A DNA stretch of 64,000 nucleotides from Chrysemys picta bellii (Eukaryota): NCBI RefSeq assembly GCF_011386835.1, contig NC_088807.1, positions 25,296,001 to 25,360,000 on the forward strand. Direction: 5' to 3'. Below the pieces are notes generated by a model. The model did not search any database. It saw only the letters and a list, made by a program, of their open reading frames with translations, and was not told the origin of the DNA. Of the stretch, positions 13,700 through 23,800 are shown piece after piece. A program made the position numbers and the translations under genes. The first letter of the stretch is position 1. Each line of letters starts with the position of its first letter.

Positions 13700-14700
13700 T
13701 AGAACAAAGATTCTATTTGCAGAGGAGGCGAGTGTCCCGGACGTGATTGAGATTTCGTAGCGCTCCGGTGTTTTGCCTGCGTTAGCGTTTTCTGCTCTAT
13801 AGCACAGATCTGTCGTCGTGTTAAGTTGCTTCCCAAGGCATCTCGCTACTGAAAAAGAGGGGGGTGTCCAACCCGTGTGTTGCAACCGACCTTTCAGCCC
13901 GCGGTCGAAAGGCCTTGGATTGAACACCGATGACAGACGCTCATCTGCCGGGCTGAGACCATCAGGATAACGACCCTCCTGCCCATGTTTGACGTACGAC
14001 GCTCCTGCTAACACACCCAGAACGACCTTAGGCGTTTTTGTGGCCACATCCTGTGGCGGGCTCTCCTTCAATCTGTGAGCTGCTCTAAGCTCGAGATCCT
14101 CTTCAGCCATCCCACCGTTAGCCGGCGATGCCCCCGGCGTGGGACTTTTCCTTCCGACGCTCGGCTCGCTGTGAATGGCCTCTTGTCGCATTCAGCCCCG
14201 TTCTCCAACTTGTCCTGGTCATTTTCAGTTCCCCAGTGGGCTGGCCACCTCTCCCAGCCCGGGGTCACCTGCAGCTTTGAGCACAAACTCTCGCTCCAGA
14301 AACACTGGTCGAAAATCAAATGGGCACAAATACAGACAGACAGAGCTCCGTTGATCCGGGCGGACAACCAGCAGCGTGGCCTCTTCTGCAGATAGAGATC
14401 TGTGAACCTTAGGCTGTTCCTACGGGTGCAAACCTCCCCCAAATTCGTGTCCTTCGTACCCTAAGATTTTATCCCGAGGCTGTCTGCCTCTGCTGTCCAC
14501 AGTCGTCGGAGATTTGTACCTGGTGTCTAGCCACGTTTCTGTCCCTTGCCCATTATCTGCACAACCCTCGGCAAAATGCACCTTGATCTCTGTGGCCGCG
14601 CGGACAAAAGCTACTGTAATATACTGGGGGTCAGAGCAGTGGTTCTCTACCCTTTTGATACCAGGGAGCGCCCTGAAAGTGGGAGGAGCCACAGGTGCCC
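13700..14700 (-). mobile_element. Strongly decayed CR1 ORF2 (reverse transcriptase) fossil
   Basis: Minus-strand remnants in order: ETWLDTRYK (~WL.nR.QrV), TGCAGGTGACCCCGGGCTGGGAG (~KFADDTKLGG), ENDQDKLEN (~QNDLDKLEkW), AEEDLELRAAHRLKESPPQDVATKTPKVVLG (~EKDLGV.VDHKLnmSQQCD.vAKKAN.ILG). Frameshifted. Confidence 0.7.
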
Positions 14701-16354
14701 GTGTCGGCCCAGGATACTAGACAGACAAGACGGGGGGGAACATCTTTGATTGGCCCGGCTTCTGCGGGCAGACGAGACACGACGCGTCTTAGGCCCTACG
14801 AGGACCCGCCCGCTCGGTTACCGTTCGCAGCCGGAGTCAGGGACACAGTCTGGTCATTTTCAGGCTTTCAGGAAGGGGCCCGGCTGGGTGCCCCAAGCCG
14901 GTTCCTCTTCTTGGAGGTGCTGGTCTGGGCCAGGCCCCGTGAAGATTAGAGACGCCCAGCTGAAGCGAGAGGTCATGCAACCAGGGGGCCGAGGCGTCCT
15001 CGCAGCTGCAGCCAGCGTCTTCCAGCCCCTTCGTGCGACCCGCCTCGCCGGAGGCGCTGGGTCAGGCCACATTGTTCTTTGTGTGCCAGCCGCCCGTCGC
15101 CTCCGGGGCCTTCCGACCCTTCTCCCTCACCCTCCACGGCTAACTGTGACACCCCGGTTCCTATACGTCCTGCCAGTCGTCTTTTCTCCTGACCTCAGCA
15201 GGAGCTCGGACCTCCCGCTGAACCGATTTGGGCCCTGATGGGTCGGTGACGCGGCTGATTGCTCCGTGCCGATCGGGCGTCCCTGTAATGGTTTCACTTC
15301 CTTTTATTCACCGCCTCTCCCGGCCTAGCTGTGGTGACAAGGCAAGGTAGAGCCATCTTTCTTCACTTCAGTCTGAACGCAACAGCCTCTCCCCGGCGGT
15401 TAAGCCCCACGGTTACAATATGTTCCCCTTACACCCCGCGCACCGTGTTTGCTTCACGTCGCTCTTGTCCCTGCTGTATTGGGTCACGTTAAGAGCCAGC
15501 TATTCCGTTCATGTCTCAACGGCCAGGCGGAGGCAAAGCAGCGGCTCGTGGCCTGCGGCAATCCGTGAATTCACCGGCTCGGGCCCTCAGGGGCCGTGGT
15601 GTGAGCTGATATCTAGGAGACCCACTGCGCTGGGGTGGGACCATGGCTGTTTTGTATCTTGACCCCGCGTTGGCCTGATTCTTGGGGCCAGGCACCAGAA
15701 ACCCCACAGATCCTCAGTCCTGATCCAAGCCCCTTCCCCGGGCATCAGGCCGTGCCCTCCCCATGAGAACAGCGGTGTGTGGGCAGAGATCACTGAGCAG
15801 AGTGGGGTCACCTGGAGAGCGGAAGGACATCAAAATGGCAGGAGAGGCTGAGATGCAGCCATCTCTGCGGTGGGGCGCAGGGGCTGTTTATACAGGGCGC
15901 CCGGCACTCAGATGCGACCGCTTCTGGGGAGAGCTGTTTAGTCAGGGATCTCGTGCCCTCTGCTGGGTTGTTATAATTGGGGGTGCCCGCTGCAGAGTGC
16001 GGGAGGGGTTAGCAGACTCAATCTGGACCCAGATGGACCCCCCGAGGAAGGGAAATGGCACGCCGGGTGGGGGGTTGCCTTAGAATTGCTTTAGCATCCT
16101 GTATTTCATAGCAGGAGCTGGTTCTGACCCACTGCACCCCCACTCCCCACCCGCCCCAGAGCCGGGGAGAGAACCCAGGAGTCTGGGCTCCCAGCCCGCC
16201 CTGCTCTGACCACTACACCCCGCTCCCCTCCCAGAGCCGGGATAGAGCCCCAGTGAGTGAAGAGGGGGGGGGGGCGCATCCATGATGCGGCGCTCGCTGT
16301 ATGTGCTCTTATTAATGACCCCTCCCCATCTTTCTCTCTCTCCACCCCGCCCAG

Positions 16355-17830
16355 GTCTCTCCCCCAGCAGGGGGCGTCGTGAGGAGAAGACGCCTGTCCC
16401 GTCCCACCCCTGCCATGTCCCCTCATGTGGGGGGGCTGGCAGGGGGACCCCAGGATGAATGTAGATGTTTGTGCTGTTTATATATATTATATATATATAT
16501 ATATGAGAAAATACAACTCTAGATAGCTGTGCACCCCCCCACTTCCCCGCAGCACCCCAACTCCAGACAGTTGTGCACCCCCACCTCCCTGCCCTGCCCC
16601 CAGCACCCCACCTCTTGCCCTTTCACCCCCCCCACTCTAGCCAGTTGTACACCCCCTTCCCTGCCCCCACTCACCCCCCAACGCCCTCATCCCCTGAGCA
16701 CAGCTAACTCCGTGCCCCCCTCCCCCTCCCCCCCCAGCACCCCCCCATTCCTGGCTATAGATAGCTGTGCCCTGCACCCCACCCCATCTTTTGATGGCTG
16801 TGGGGGAGATTTCAGGGTTCAGGGGGATCAGCAGCTTGGGGGAGATTTGGGGGGCCCAGCATGTTTGGGGGACTGGAACTGAGTGGGGTACACAGGGCAG
16901 GGGATGGAGGAGGGGCATGTGGGGAGTGCTGGGGGGGGGTAATTTAGGGCCTCCATACCCACCCCATTCCCCGCTGGGGGGAATGTCACGCCGAGGGGGG
17001 ACTCTAGGAAGTGGGGGAGGGGCACCCCCCCAAACAGCACCCGTCACCCCCCAAACAGCACCCGTCACCCCCCCAAACAGCACCCGTCACCCCCAATCCA
17101 TGCCCCTTCTGCAGTGACCAGTCGTGGTGGGGCAGACTGGGGCCTTCCCATGGTAGCCCGCTTTCCACTGGAGGGGGTGTGGGGAAGGTGGTGTAGAACC
17201 CAGGTGTCCGGGGACAGTCTATCTATATAGCCATCAATCATCGATCTCTTCCCTGCCCACCTGCCCATCTATCCCCATCCACCCTGTATCTATCTGCATC
17301 CACCCCCTCTATCTATCTATCCACCCATCCCCATACACCCCCCTTTATCTATCCTCATCTATCCCCGTACACCCCCATCTCTCTATCCCCATCCACCCTG
17401 TATCTATCCATCCATCCCCGTACACCCCCCCTTTATCTATCCTCATCCACCCCCCATCCATCCCCACACATCCCTTCTATTTCTCCCCACCCACTGTCTC
17501 CATCCCTTCCCCTCTTAGCCCCCCCCTCGTCCCCGGGCCCCCCTGCCCCCCGGAAGCACTGCCTCTATATCTCTATACGCCATGTCTGCGCTCCAAGTCG
17601 TGCCGTGCTCGTGAGTTTTGGTTCGTTCGTTCAGGCCCCCTCGCTCGGTGTCGTGAGATTTATTTTTCCTCCCATCTCCGCCAAAAGAAAACTGACGTCG
17701 ACAAAGTAAAGACAAGGACACACTAATAAACCAGCGAAGCCCCCCCATCATTCCGCCAGCGTGCCCCCCAAAATATAGAGAACAAAAGTAACAAAAACCA
17801 AATAAAAAGAGAAAGAGGGAAAACCTTTCA
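16355..17830 (+). other. SYP: Probable SYP non-coding last exon (3'UTR)
   Basis: GTGAGT donor at 10862, 4 nt after the stop codon. Polypyrimidine tract and CAG acceptor ending at 16354. GCTGTTTATATATATTATATATA block at 16473-16504, which resembles my recollection of the mammalian SYP 3'UTR (unverified). AATAAA at 17725 and 17801. Confidence 0.6.
17725..17806 (+). terminator. Candidate SYP polyadenylation signals (AATAAA at 17725 and 17801)
   Basis: Canonical hexamers at the end of the putative 3'UTR exon. Confidence 0.55.
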
Positions 17831-18115
17831 AAGCTTCTCCAGTCTGATTTCCAGGGCTGGGGTGCGGCTGCTTCTGGGGTGGGGGCTGTTTATACAGGGA
17901 CCCTTCACCCAGCGCCGAGATTCAGCTGCCTCTGGGGTGGGGCGCAGGGGCTGTTAATACAGGGACCCTTTGCTCTCTGCTGGTGGACCTGGGAACTGCA
18001 GTCTTTTGGGGTGACAGTCACATGCTGGACACCTGCACCCCGATTTCCCCCAGGGCCCCAAACCCGACGCAAAGACTCAACTCAGCAAAGCATGCGGCTC
18101 CGAGCCTGGTGTGTG

Positions 18116-18121
18116 TTTATT
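18116..18121 (-). terminator. Candidate TREX2 polyadenylation signal
   Basis: TTTATT on + (AATAAA on -), about 470 nt past the TREX2 stop. Confidence 0.55.
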
Positions 18122-18588
18122 AACAGGAAAAACACGGGGGGGGGGCATTCAAATCAGTTGCTCAATAAAATAATTTCATTACCCAACCCCAGATCCCTGG
18201 ATGATCTGACGAACGGAGAGAGGCGTCCACAGGGAACCCAGGAGTCCGGGCTCCCAGCCCCACATCCCCACTCTAACCCGCCAGACCCCACTGCCTTCCC
18301 AGAGCCAGAGAGAGAACCCAGGAGAACTGGCTCCCATCCCCCCCTGCTCTACCCACCAGCCCCCCTCCCCTCCCAGAGCCAGGGAGAGAACCCAGGAGTC
18401 CTGGAGTCCCAGCCCCCACTGCTCTAACCTACCAGACCCCACTCCCCTCCCAGAGCCAGAGAGAGAACCCAGGTGTCCTGGTTCCCAGCTCCCACTGCTC
18501 TAACCACCAGACCCCCTCCCCTCCCAGAGCCGGGGAGAGAACCCAGGCATCCTGGCTCCGACCCCACTCCCCTCCCAGTCCAAGACGC

Positions 18589-19260
18589 TCACTGCGTGGT
18601 GGGGAGGTACATGGGGGTCACGTCCCCCCAGGCCCGGGCCTTCCCCGCCGCCCAGCCCATCAGCTGTGGCGCCCTGGCGAGGAAGATGGCGATAAGGGTG
18701 CGGACGTCTCCCTCAGCCGAGTGGGCCCCGTCGGGGTCCCTCCCGAAGAGCCCCCGGAAGAGCGCCCCCAGGCTGTACCCCCCCTGACCCGCCAGACCCA
18801 GCTCCTTCATGGCCTGCAGTGTGTCCAGGCAGCCGGTGGCGGGGGGCAGCTCGGCCCCAACGCGCGCCAGCTCCGTCCGCAGCAGGGGGAAGTCGTAGCT
18901 CCAGCCGTTGTGGGCCACCAGGCAGAGCGGGGGGGCTTGGCGGGCTAGGAACCCGCCCAGGGCCTGAGCCACGGCCCGGTCCAGGCCCCGCTTCCCGTTC
19001 TCCTCCAGGTCCTGCTGGCTCAGTCCCGTGATGCGGGCGGCTTCCGGGGTGAAGGGCTGTTGGGGGTCGATGCACAGGGTGAGCTGGTCCAGGACGCGGG
19101 GCAGCCGGGGGGCGGGGGCGTCCTGCGGCGGGCACTGCAGGAGGGAGTGGCGGTGCAGGGCGAAGAGAGACAGCTCCGTGATGCGGGGGCGGTCCGGGGG
19201 CAGGCCGGTGGTCTCCAGGTCGAAGAAGACGAAGGTTTGGAAATCTTGGGGGGCCATCAT
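18589..19260 (-). CDS. TREX2: Three-prime repair exonuclease 2 (DEDDh 3'-5' exonuclease), 223 aa, single coding exon
   Basis: ExoI FFDLETTGL, ExoII LVAHNGWSYDFPLL and ExoIII AHSAEGDV are intact. Also ELSLFALHR, LPRVLDQLTLC, GYSLGALF, and the TREX2-type end WGDVTPMYLP. There is no TREX1-type C-terminal TM extension. An acceptor CCTCTTCCTCCCCAG lies 2 nt before the ATG and a candidate upstream donor at 19553-19558, implying a 5'UTR exon. Confidence 0.9.
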   Translation of the reverse strand: MMAPQDFQTFVFFDLETTGLPPDRPRITELSLFALHRHSLLQCPPQDAPAPRLPRVLDQLTLCIDPQQPFTPEAARITGLSQQDLEENGKRGLDRAVAQALGGFLARQAPPLCLVAHNGWSYDFPLLRTELARVGAELPPATGCLDTLQAMKELGLAGQGGYSLGALFRGLFGRDPDGAHSAEGDVRTLIAIFLARAPQLMGWAAGKARAWGDVTPMYLPTTQ

Positions 19261-19855
19261 GGCTGGGGAGGAAGAGGTGTGTGAGCGGAAGCTGGCGATG
19301 CGGCTGCCTCTGGGGTGGGGCGCGGGGGCTGTTTATACAGGGAGCCCATGAAAGGGGTAGAGTAGGGAGCCAGGACTCCTGGGTTCTCTGCCTGGTTCTG
19401 GGAGGGGAGTGGGGGCTGGTGGTTAGAGCAGGGGGGGGGAAGCCAGGACTCCTGGGTTCTCTCTCTGGTTCTGGGAGGGGAGTGGGGGCTAGTGGTTAGA
19501 GCGGGGGGGGCAGGGGAGAGGGCTGGGAGCCAGGACTCCTGGGTTCTTCAGCACTCACCCACCACGTGACTGCAGTTAAGTTTCTCCCTGGCTGTGTGCC
19601 TCAGTTTCCCCTCTGTTGTGTGCAGATAGCTCGTCTCCCGGCTGGTTGGTGTCTCCTTATCTGCTCCCCGGCGCTGTGAGAGCTCTCGGGGGCGGCGCCA
19701 AGGAGGGCTGAGGGTCGGTCACTTGCCATCTGCGGGGGCGGGGGCCGGTTCCTCGTTCCCGGGGAAACCGAAACTGCCCCAGGCAAAGCGATGAGTCACC
19801 GGGGCTCTTTTCGGAGTCAGCTTCCCCTTGGGGGTGTGGGGGGAACGCCCTGCTA

Positions 19856-20212
19856 GCGCCCAGGGAACCCAGGCGTCCGGGCTCCCAGCCCCCGCCCTGC
19901 CAGCGCCCAGGGAACCCAGGCGTCCGGGCTCCCAGCCCCCGCCCTGCCAGCGCCCAGGGAACCCAGGCGTCCGGGCTCCCAGCCCCCGCCCTGCCAGCGC
20001 CCAGGGAACCCAGGCGTCCTGGCTCCCAGCCCCCGCCCTCCCAGCGCCCAGGGAACCCAGGCGTCCGGGCTCCCAGCCCCCGCCCTGCCAGCGCCCAGGG
20101 AACCCAGGCGTCCGGGCTCCCAGCCCCCGCCCTGCCAGTGCCCAGGGAACCCAGGCGTCCTGGCTCCCAGCCCCCGCCCTGCCAGCGCCCAGGGAACCCA
20201 GGCGTCCGGGCT
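19856..20212. repeat. 47 bp CpG-rich VNTR (about 7.5 units) between TREX2 and EMD
   Basis: Unit GCGCCCAGGGAACCCAGGCGTCCGGGCTCCCAGCCCCCGCCCTGCCA. Confidence 0.95.
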
Positions 20213-20489
20213 CCTCCGCCGCTCCCTTCCCGCCACCATGAGACCCCACCCACTCCCCTCCCGGAGCACAGATGGGACCCAGGCGTCCTGGCTGGGTCCC
20301 AGCCCCCAGCCCAGCTCTGGGGCAGCAGGAATTCACGGAGCCACAAACAGCCCCGGGCCCCGCACGGCAGCTACTAGCCACGTGGGGAAACTGAGGCAGA
20401 CGGTGGGGGGGAGGGGCAGAAGGTTGCACGAGGCTTCCGGGCGCCCCACCCCGCTGGGATCCGGGGGGGGGGGGAGTTTCCCGGGGGGG

Positions 20490-20823
20490 GGGGGAGCGTT
20501 GCGAGAGGGACAGGAGAGGGATGGGCGGGGCGTTGGTAGGGGCGGGGCGCGCTGGAAGGGGCGTTGCTAGGCTGGGGGGGGTGTTGCTAGGGGCCGTGCA
20601 AAATGGGCGGGGCGTTGCTATGGACGGGGCAGGCTGGAAGGGGCTTGCCAGGGGCGGGGCGCGCGGGAAGGGCGTTGCCAGGGGGCGGGGCGTTGCCCAG
20701 GCCCGGCCCCTCCCCCTCGTGTCACTTCCGGTCGCTGCTGGCGCCTCCTGTCCTGGGCCTGCTCCGCGCGCCGGAACCGCGGGCCCCGACCCCCCCCCGG
20801 CTGTGCTCCCCCCCGGCCGGGCC
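20490..20823 (+). promoter_or_regulatory. EMD CpG-island promoter: several GC boxes, GTTGCY RFX-like half-sites, ETS site
   Basis: Several GGGCGGGG; GTTGCTAG at 20563 and 20583, GTTGCTATGG at 20614, GTTGCCAG at 20674, GTTGCCC at 20692; CACTTCCGG at 20723; strong Kozak GCCATGG at 20821-20827. Confidence 0.7.
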
Positions 20824-23800
20824 ATGGAGCGGTACCGGGGGCTGACGGACACCGAGCTCATCGCCATGCTGCAGCGCTACGGCATCGCGCACGGGCCCGT
20901 CGTGGGTACGGGGCGCTGCGGGGGGAGGGGGGACGGGGGGCGCTGCGGGGGGAGGGGGGACTGGGGGCGCTGCGGGGGGGAGGGGGGACGGGATGGGGGA
21001 AGTTGGGGCGCTGCGGGGGGAGGGGGGACTGGGGGCGCTGCGGGGGAGGGGGGACTGGGGCGCTGCGGGGGGAGGGGTATCGGGATGGGGGAAGTTGGGG
21101 CGCTGCGGGGGGAGGGGGGACTGGGGGCGCTGCGGGGGGAGGGGTATCGGGATGGGGAAGTTGGGGCGCTGCGGGGGGAGGGGTATCGGGATGGGGGAAG
21201 TTGGGGCGCTGCGGGGGGAGGGGTATCGGGATGGGGAAGTTGGGGCGCTGCGGGGGGAGGGGTATCGGGATGGGGGAAGTTGGGGCGCTGCGGGGGGAGG
21301 GGGACTGGGGGCGCTGCGGGGGAGGGGTATCGGGATGGGGGAAGTTGGGGCGCTGCGGGGGGAGGGGACTGGGGGCGCTGCGGGGGGAGGGTATCGGGAT
21401 GGGGGAAGTTGGGGCGCTGCGGGGGGAGGGGGGACTGGGGGCGCTGCGGGGGGAGGGGTATCGGGATGGGGGAAGTTGGGGCGCTGCGGGGGGAGGGGGA
21501 CTGGGGGCGCTGCGGGGGGAGGGGTCTCGGGATGGGGGAAATTGGGGCGCTGCGGGGGGAGGGGGGACTGGGGGCGCTGCGGGGGGAGGGGTCTCTGGGT
21601 AGTGGGGGGACTGGGCGCTGCGGGGGGAGGGGTCTCTGGGGCGGGGGGAGTTGGGGTGCTGCAAGGGGGGGCAATCTGTGAGGGAGGGGTAGGGCAGGGC
21701 AGCATGGGGGCCCACCTGACCCCCCCCCCTTGTCTCCCCTTCCCGGCCCCCAGGATCGACCCGGAAGCTGTACGAGAGGAAGATCTGCGAATACGAGAGC
21801 CAGCGCACTAAGCTATCGTCCCCAGGGGGGGCTGGGGGCTACTCAGGTGAGTGGGGGGCCAGGAGGGGTGGGGAGGGGCCAGCAGCAGCAGCCACTGACG
21901 CCCCCCCCCCTCCCTTTCCTGTGTGTCTCTTCCCTCCCGCCCCCCAGATCCCGGCACCACCGAGACCTACATTCGGGAATCTTACAGCTACCCCCGGCAT
22001 GAGGAGCGGCGCCGCTATGGGGCAGATGGTGAGAGGGGGCTGTGGGTCAGGAGTGAGGGGCACCTGTGGGGGGTGAGCAGATGGTGAGAGGGGGCTGTGG
22101 GTCAGGAGTGAGGGGCACCTGTGGGGGGTGAGCAGATGGTGAGAGGGGGCTGTGGGTCAGGAGTGAGGGGCACCTGTGGGGGGTGAGCAGATGGTGAGAG
22201 GGCGCTGTGGGTCAGGAGTGAGGGGCACCTGTGGGGGGTGAGCAGATGGTGAGAGGGGGCTGTGGGTCAGGAGTGAGGGGCACCTGTGGGGGGTGAGCAG
22301 ATGGTGAGAGGGGGCTGTGGGTCAGGAGTGAGGGGCACCGGTAGAGTTTTCCAAGACTTGGGGTACCGTGGCCGAGGTGTCTGAATGTTCCTGTCTGCTG
22401 TGGGGGTGGGGCTTCGAGGTGCCTCCCACTGACCCCCCCGTCTCTCTCTGCCCCCCAGACTCCAGCCCCACCACGACGTACACGCGGGAGTTGTATGATT
22501 TCCCTCGTCGTGAGGGTCGCACCGGCTACCTGGGCGATGGTGAGTGGGGGGCGGGTAGAGGGGGCAGCATTTCCTCTGGTGGGGGTGGCAAGAGGGGGAT
22601 ACAGAGCAGCGAGGATGTGGGGGGAATACGAAGGCAGGAAGGGGAGTCTGGTACGATTCCCTTGGCCTGGGCTTGACACCCCATCCCCCGCGCCATGTTC
22701 ACATTCCTGCAACAGGGAGTTCCAGGGGTGGAGCTCCAGTGGGGAAGGGGAGAGCCGTGCCCAGCCCCCCGTCTCACCCCACTCCTCTCTGCCCCCAGAC
22801 ATGGACACCGAGTCCTACGAAGAATCTTCCTCCTCCTCCTCCTCCTGGCTCTATGGGGCAGCCCCAGGTCCCCTGGGGGAAGCCACTGCCCGCCAGCCGG
22901 TAAGTCAACCCCTGGGTGTGGGGGATGGGACATAACCTCCCCAAATAACGTCTCAGGGGTGCGGGCGGCCTGGGAAAGGCAGAAGGCACGGGTGTCTCTC
23001 TCTCCCCCCACCCCTTTGGCGCTACCAACTTTCCAGTCCCCTCACTCCCCCCTGCTTGGTCCTACCACCTCCAACCCCCAACTCTGCCCCCGTCCCAGCA
23101 CCGTGGGGGGCAATCCTGGATTCGGCCGCTGGCCCGGCCTGAAAAACTCGAACCTTAAACCGTTTGCTGCCAGGAGATGTTGGGCCCAGCGGAGCCGGAA
23201 CTGAATTTTGGCAAAAGTGTCTAAAAACCGATGCAACTTCCCGGGAGCTGATTTTCGGCCGGGTCGATAAATTCTCTCGTCGGTAGTTTGCCCCTGTAGG
23301 AAAGATAAAGAACCAGCCCCGGAGAGTTTAATACAGACAGAAACACTGCCCGTCTCCGGGACACCGTCTTGTGCCGCGGCGTTACGTCCCCCAACGCGGT
23401 CAGCTCCCAAAACGACCCTCGTAATGGATGATTTGACAATTTACCAGCCTCTCCCCAGCCCTAAAACCCAGTCCGGTTCTTTGGCTTGTTCTGTCCCCTG
23501 GCCTCTCACGTACCCCCGAGCGTGTCCTGGGCAGAACATTTCTACTCGGGACAAAGTTCTCCTGTTCTAAGAGCGAAACCCACTTCAGCTTCGCAAAAGG
23601 AGGCGGCGTGTATTTGAACAGGGTGATCGGGAGCCGGAGGCCGGTTCAGGGCAGGGACCGGCTAGAAATGTATTCTGAGATACTGTTCTGGTGATAGCGT
23701 GAACTTTCTTTGTGTACGTGATGTGATAAGACGTATTGAGGATATTGTGTGTGTGTGTGTGTGTAATATAACCCCACAAAAGTGAGTTTCAGGAAACTTT

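Noticed and set aside
14068-14692. Minus ORFs with WLDTRYK and AEC...RPFT first looked like a hAT transposase (LDPRFK and dimerisation motifs)
   Set aside because: Flanking nucleotide and peptide remnants follow the CR1 reverse transcriptase motif order (WL..R, KFADD, DLDKLE, EKDLGV, ILG). It is a CR1 fossil.
18589-19260. TREX1 assignment
   Set aside because: No C-terminal extension or TM helix and no polyproline motif. The C-terminus (W..V.PMYLP) and internal motifs match TREX2.
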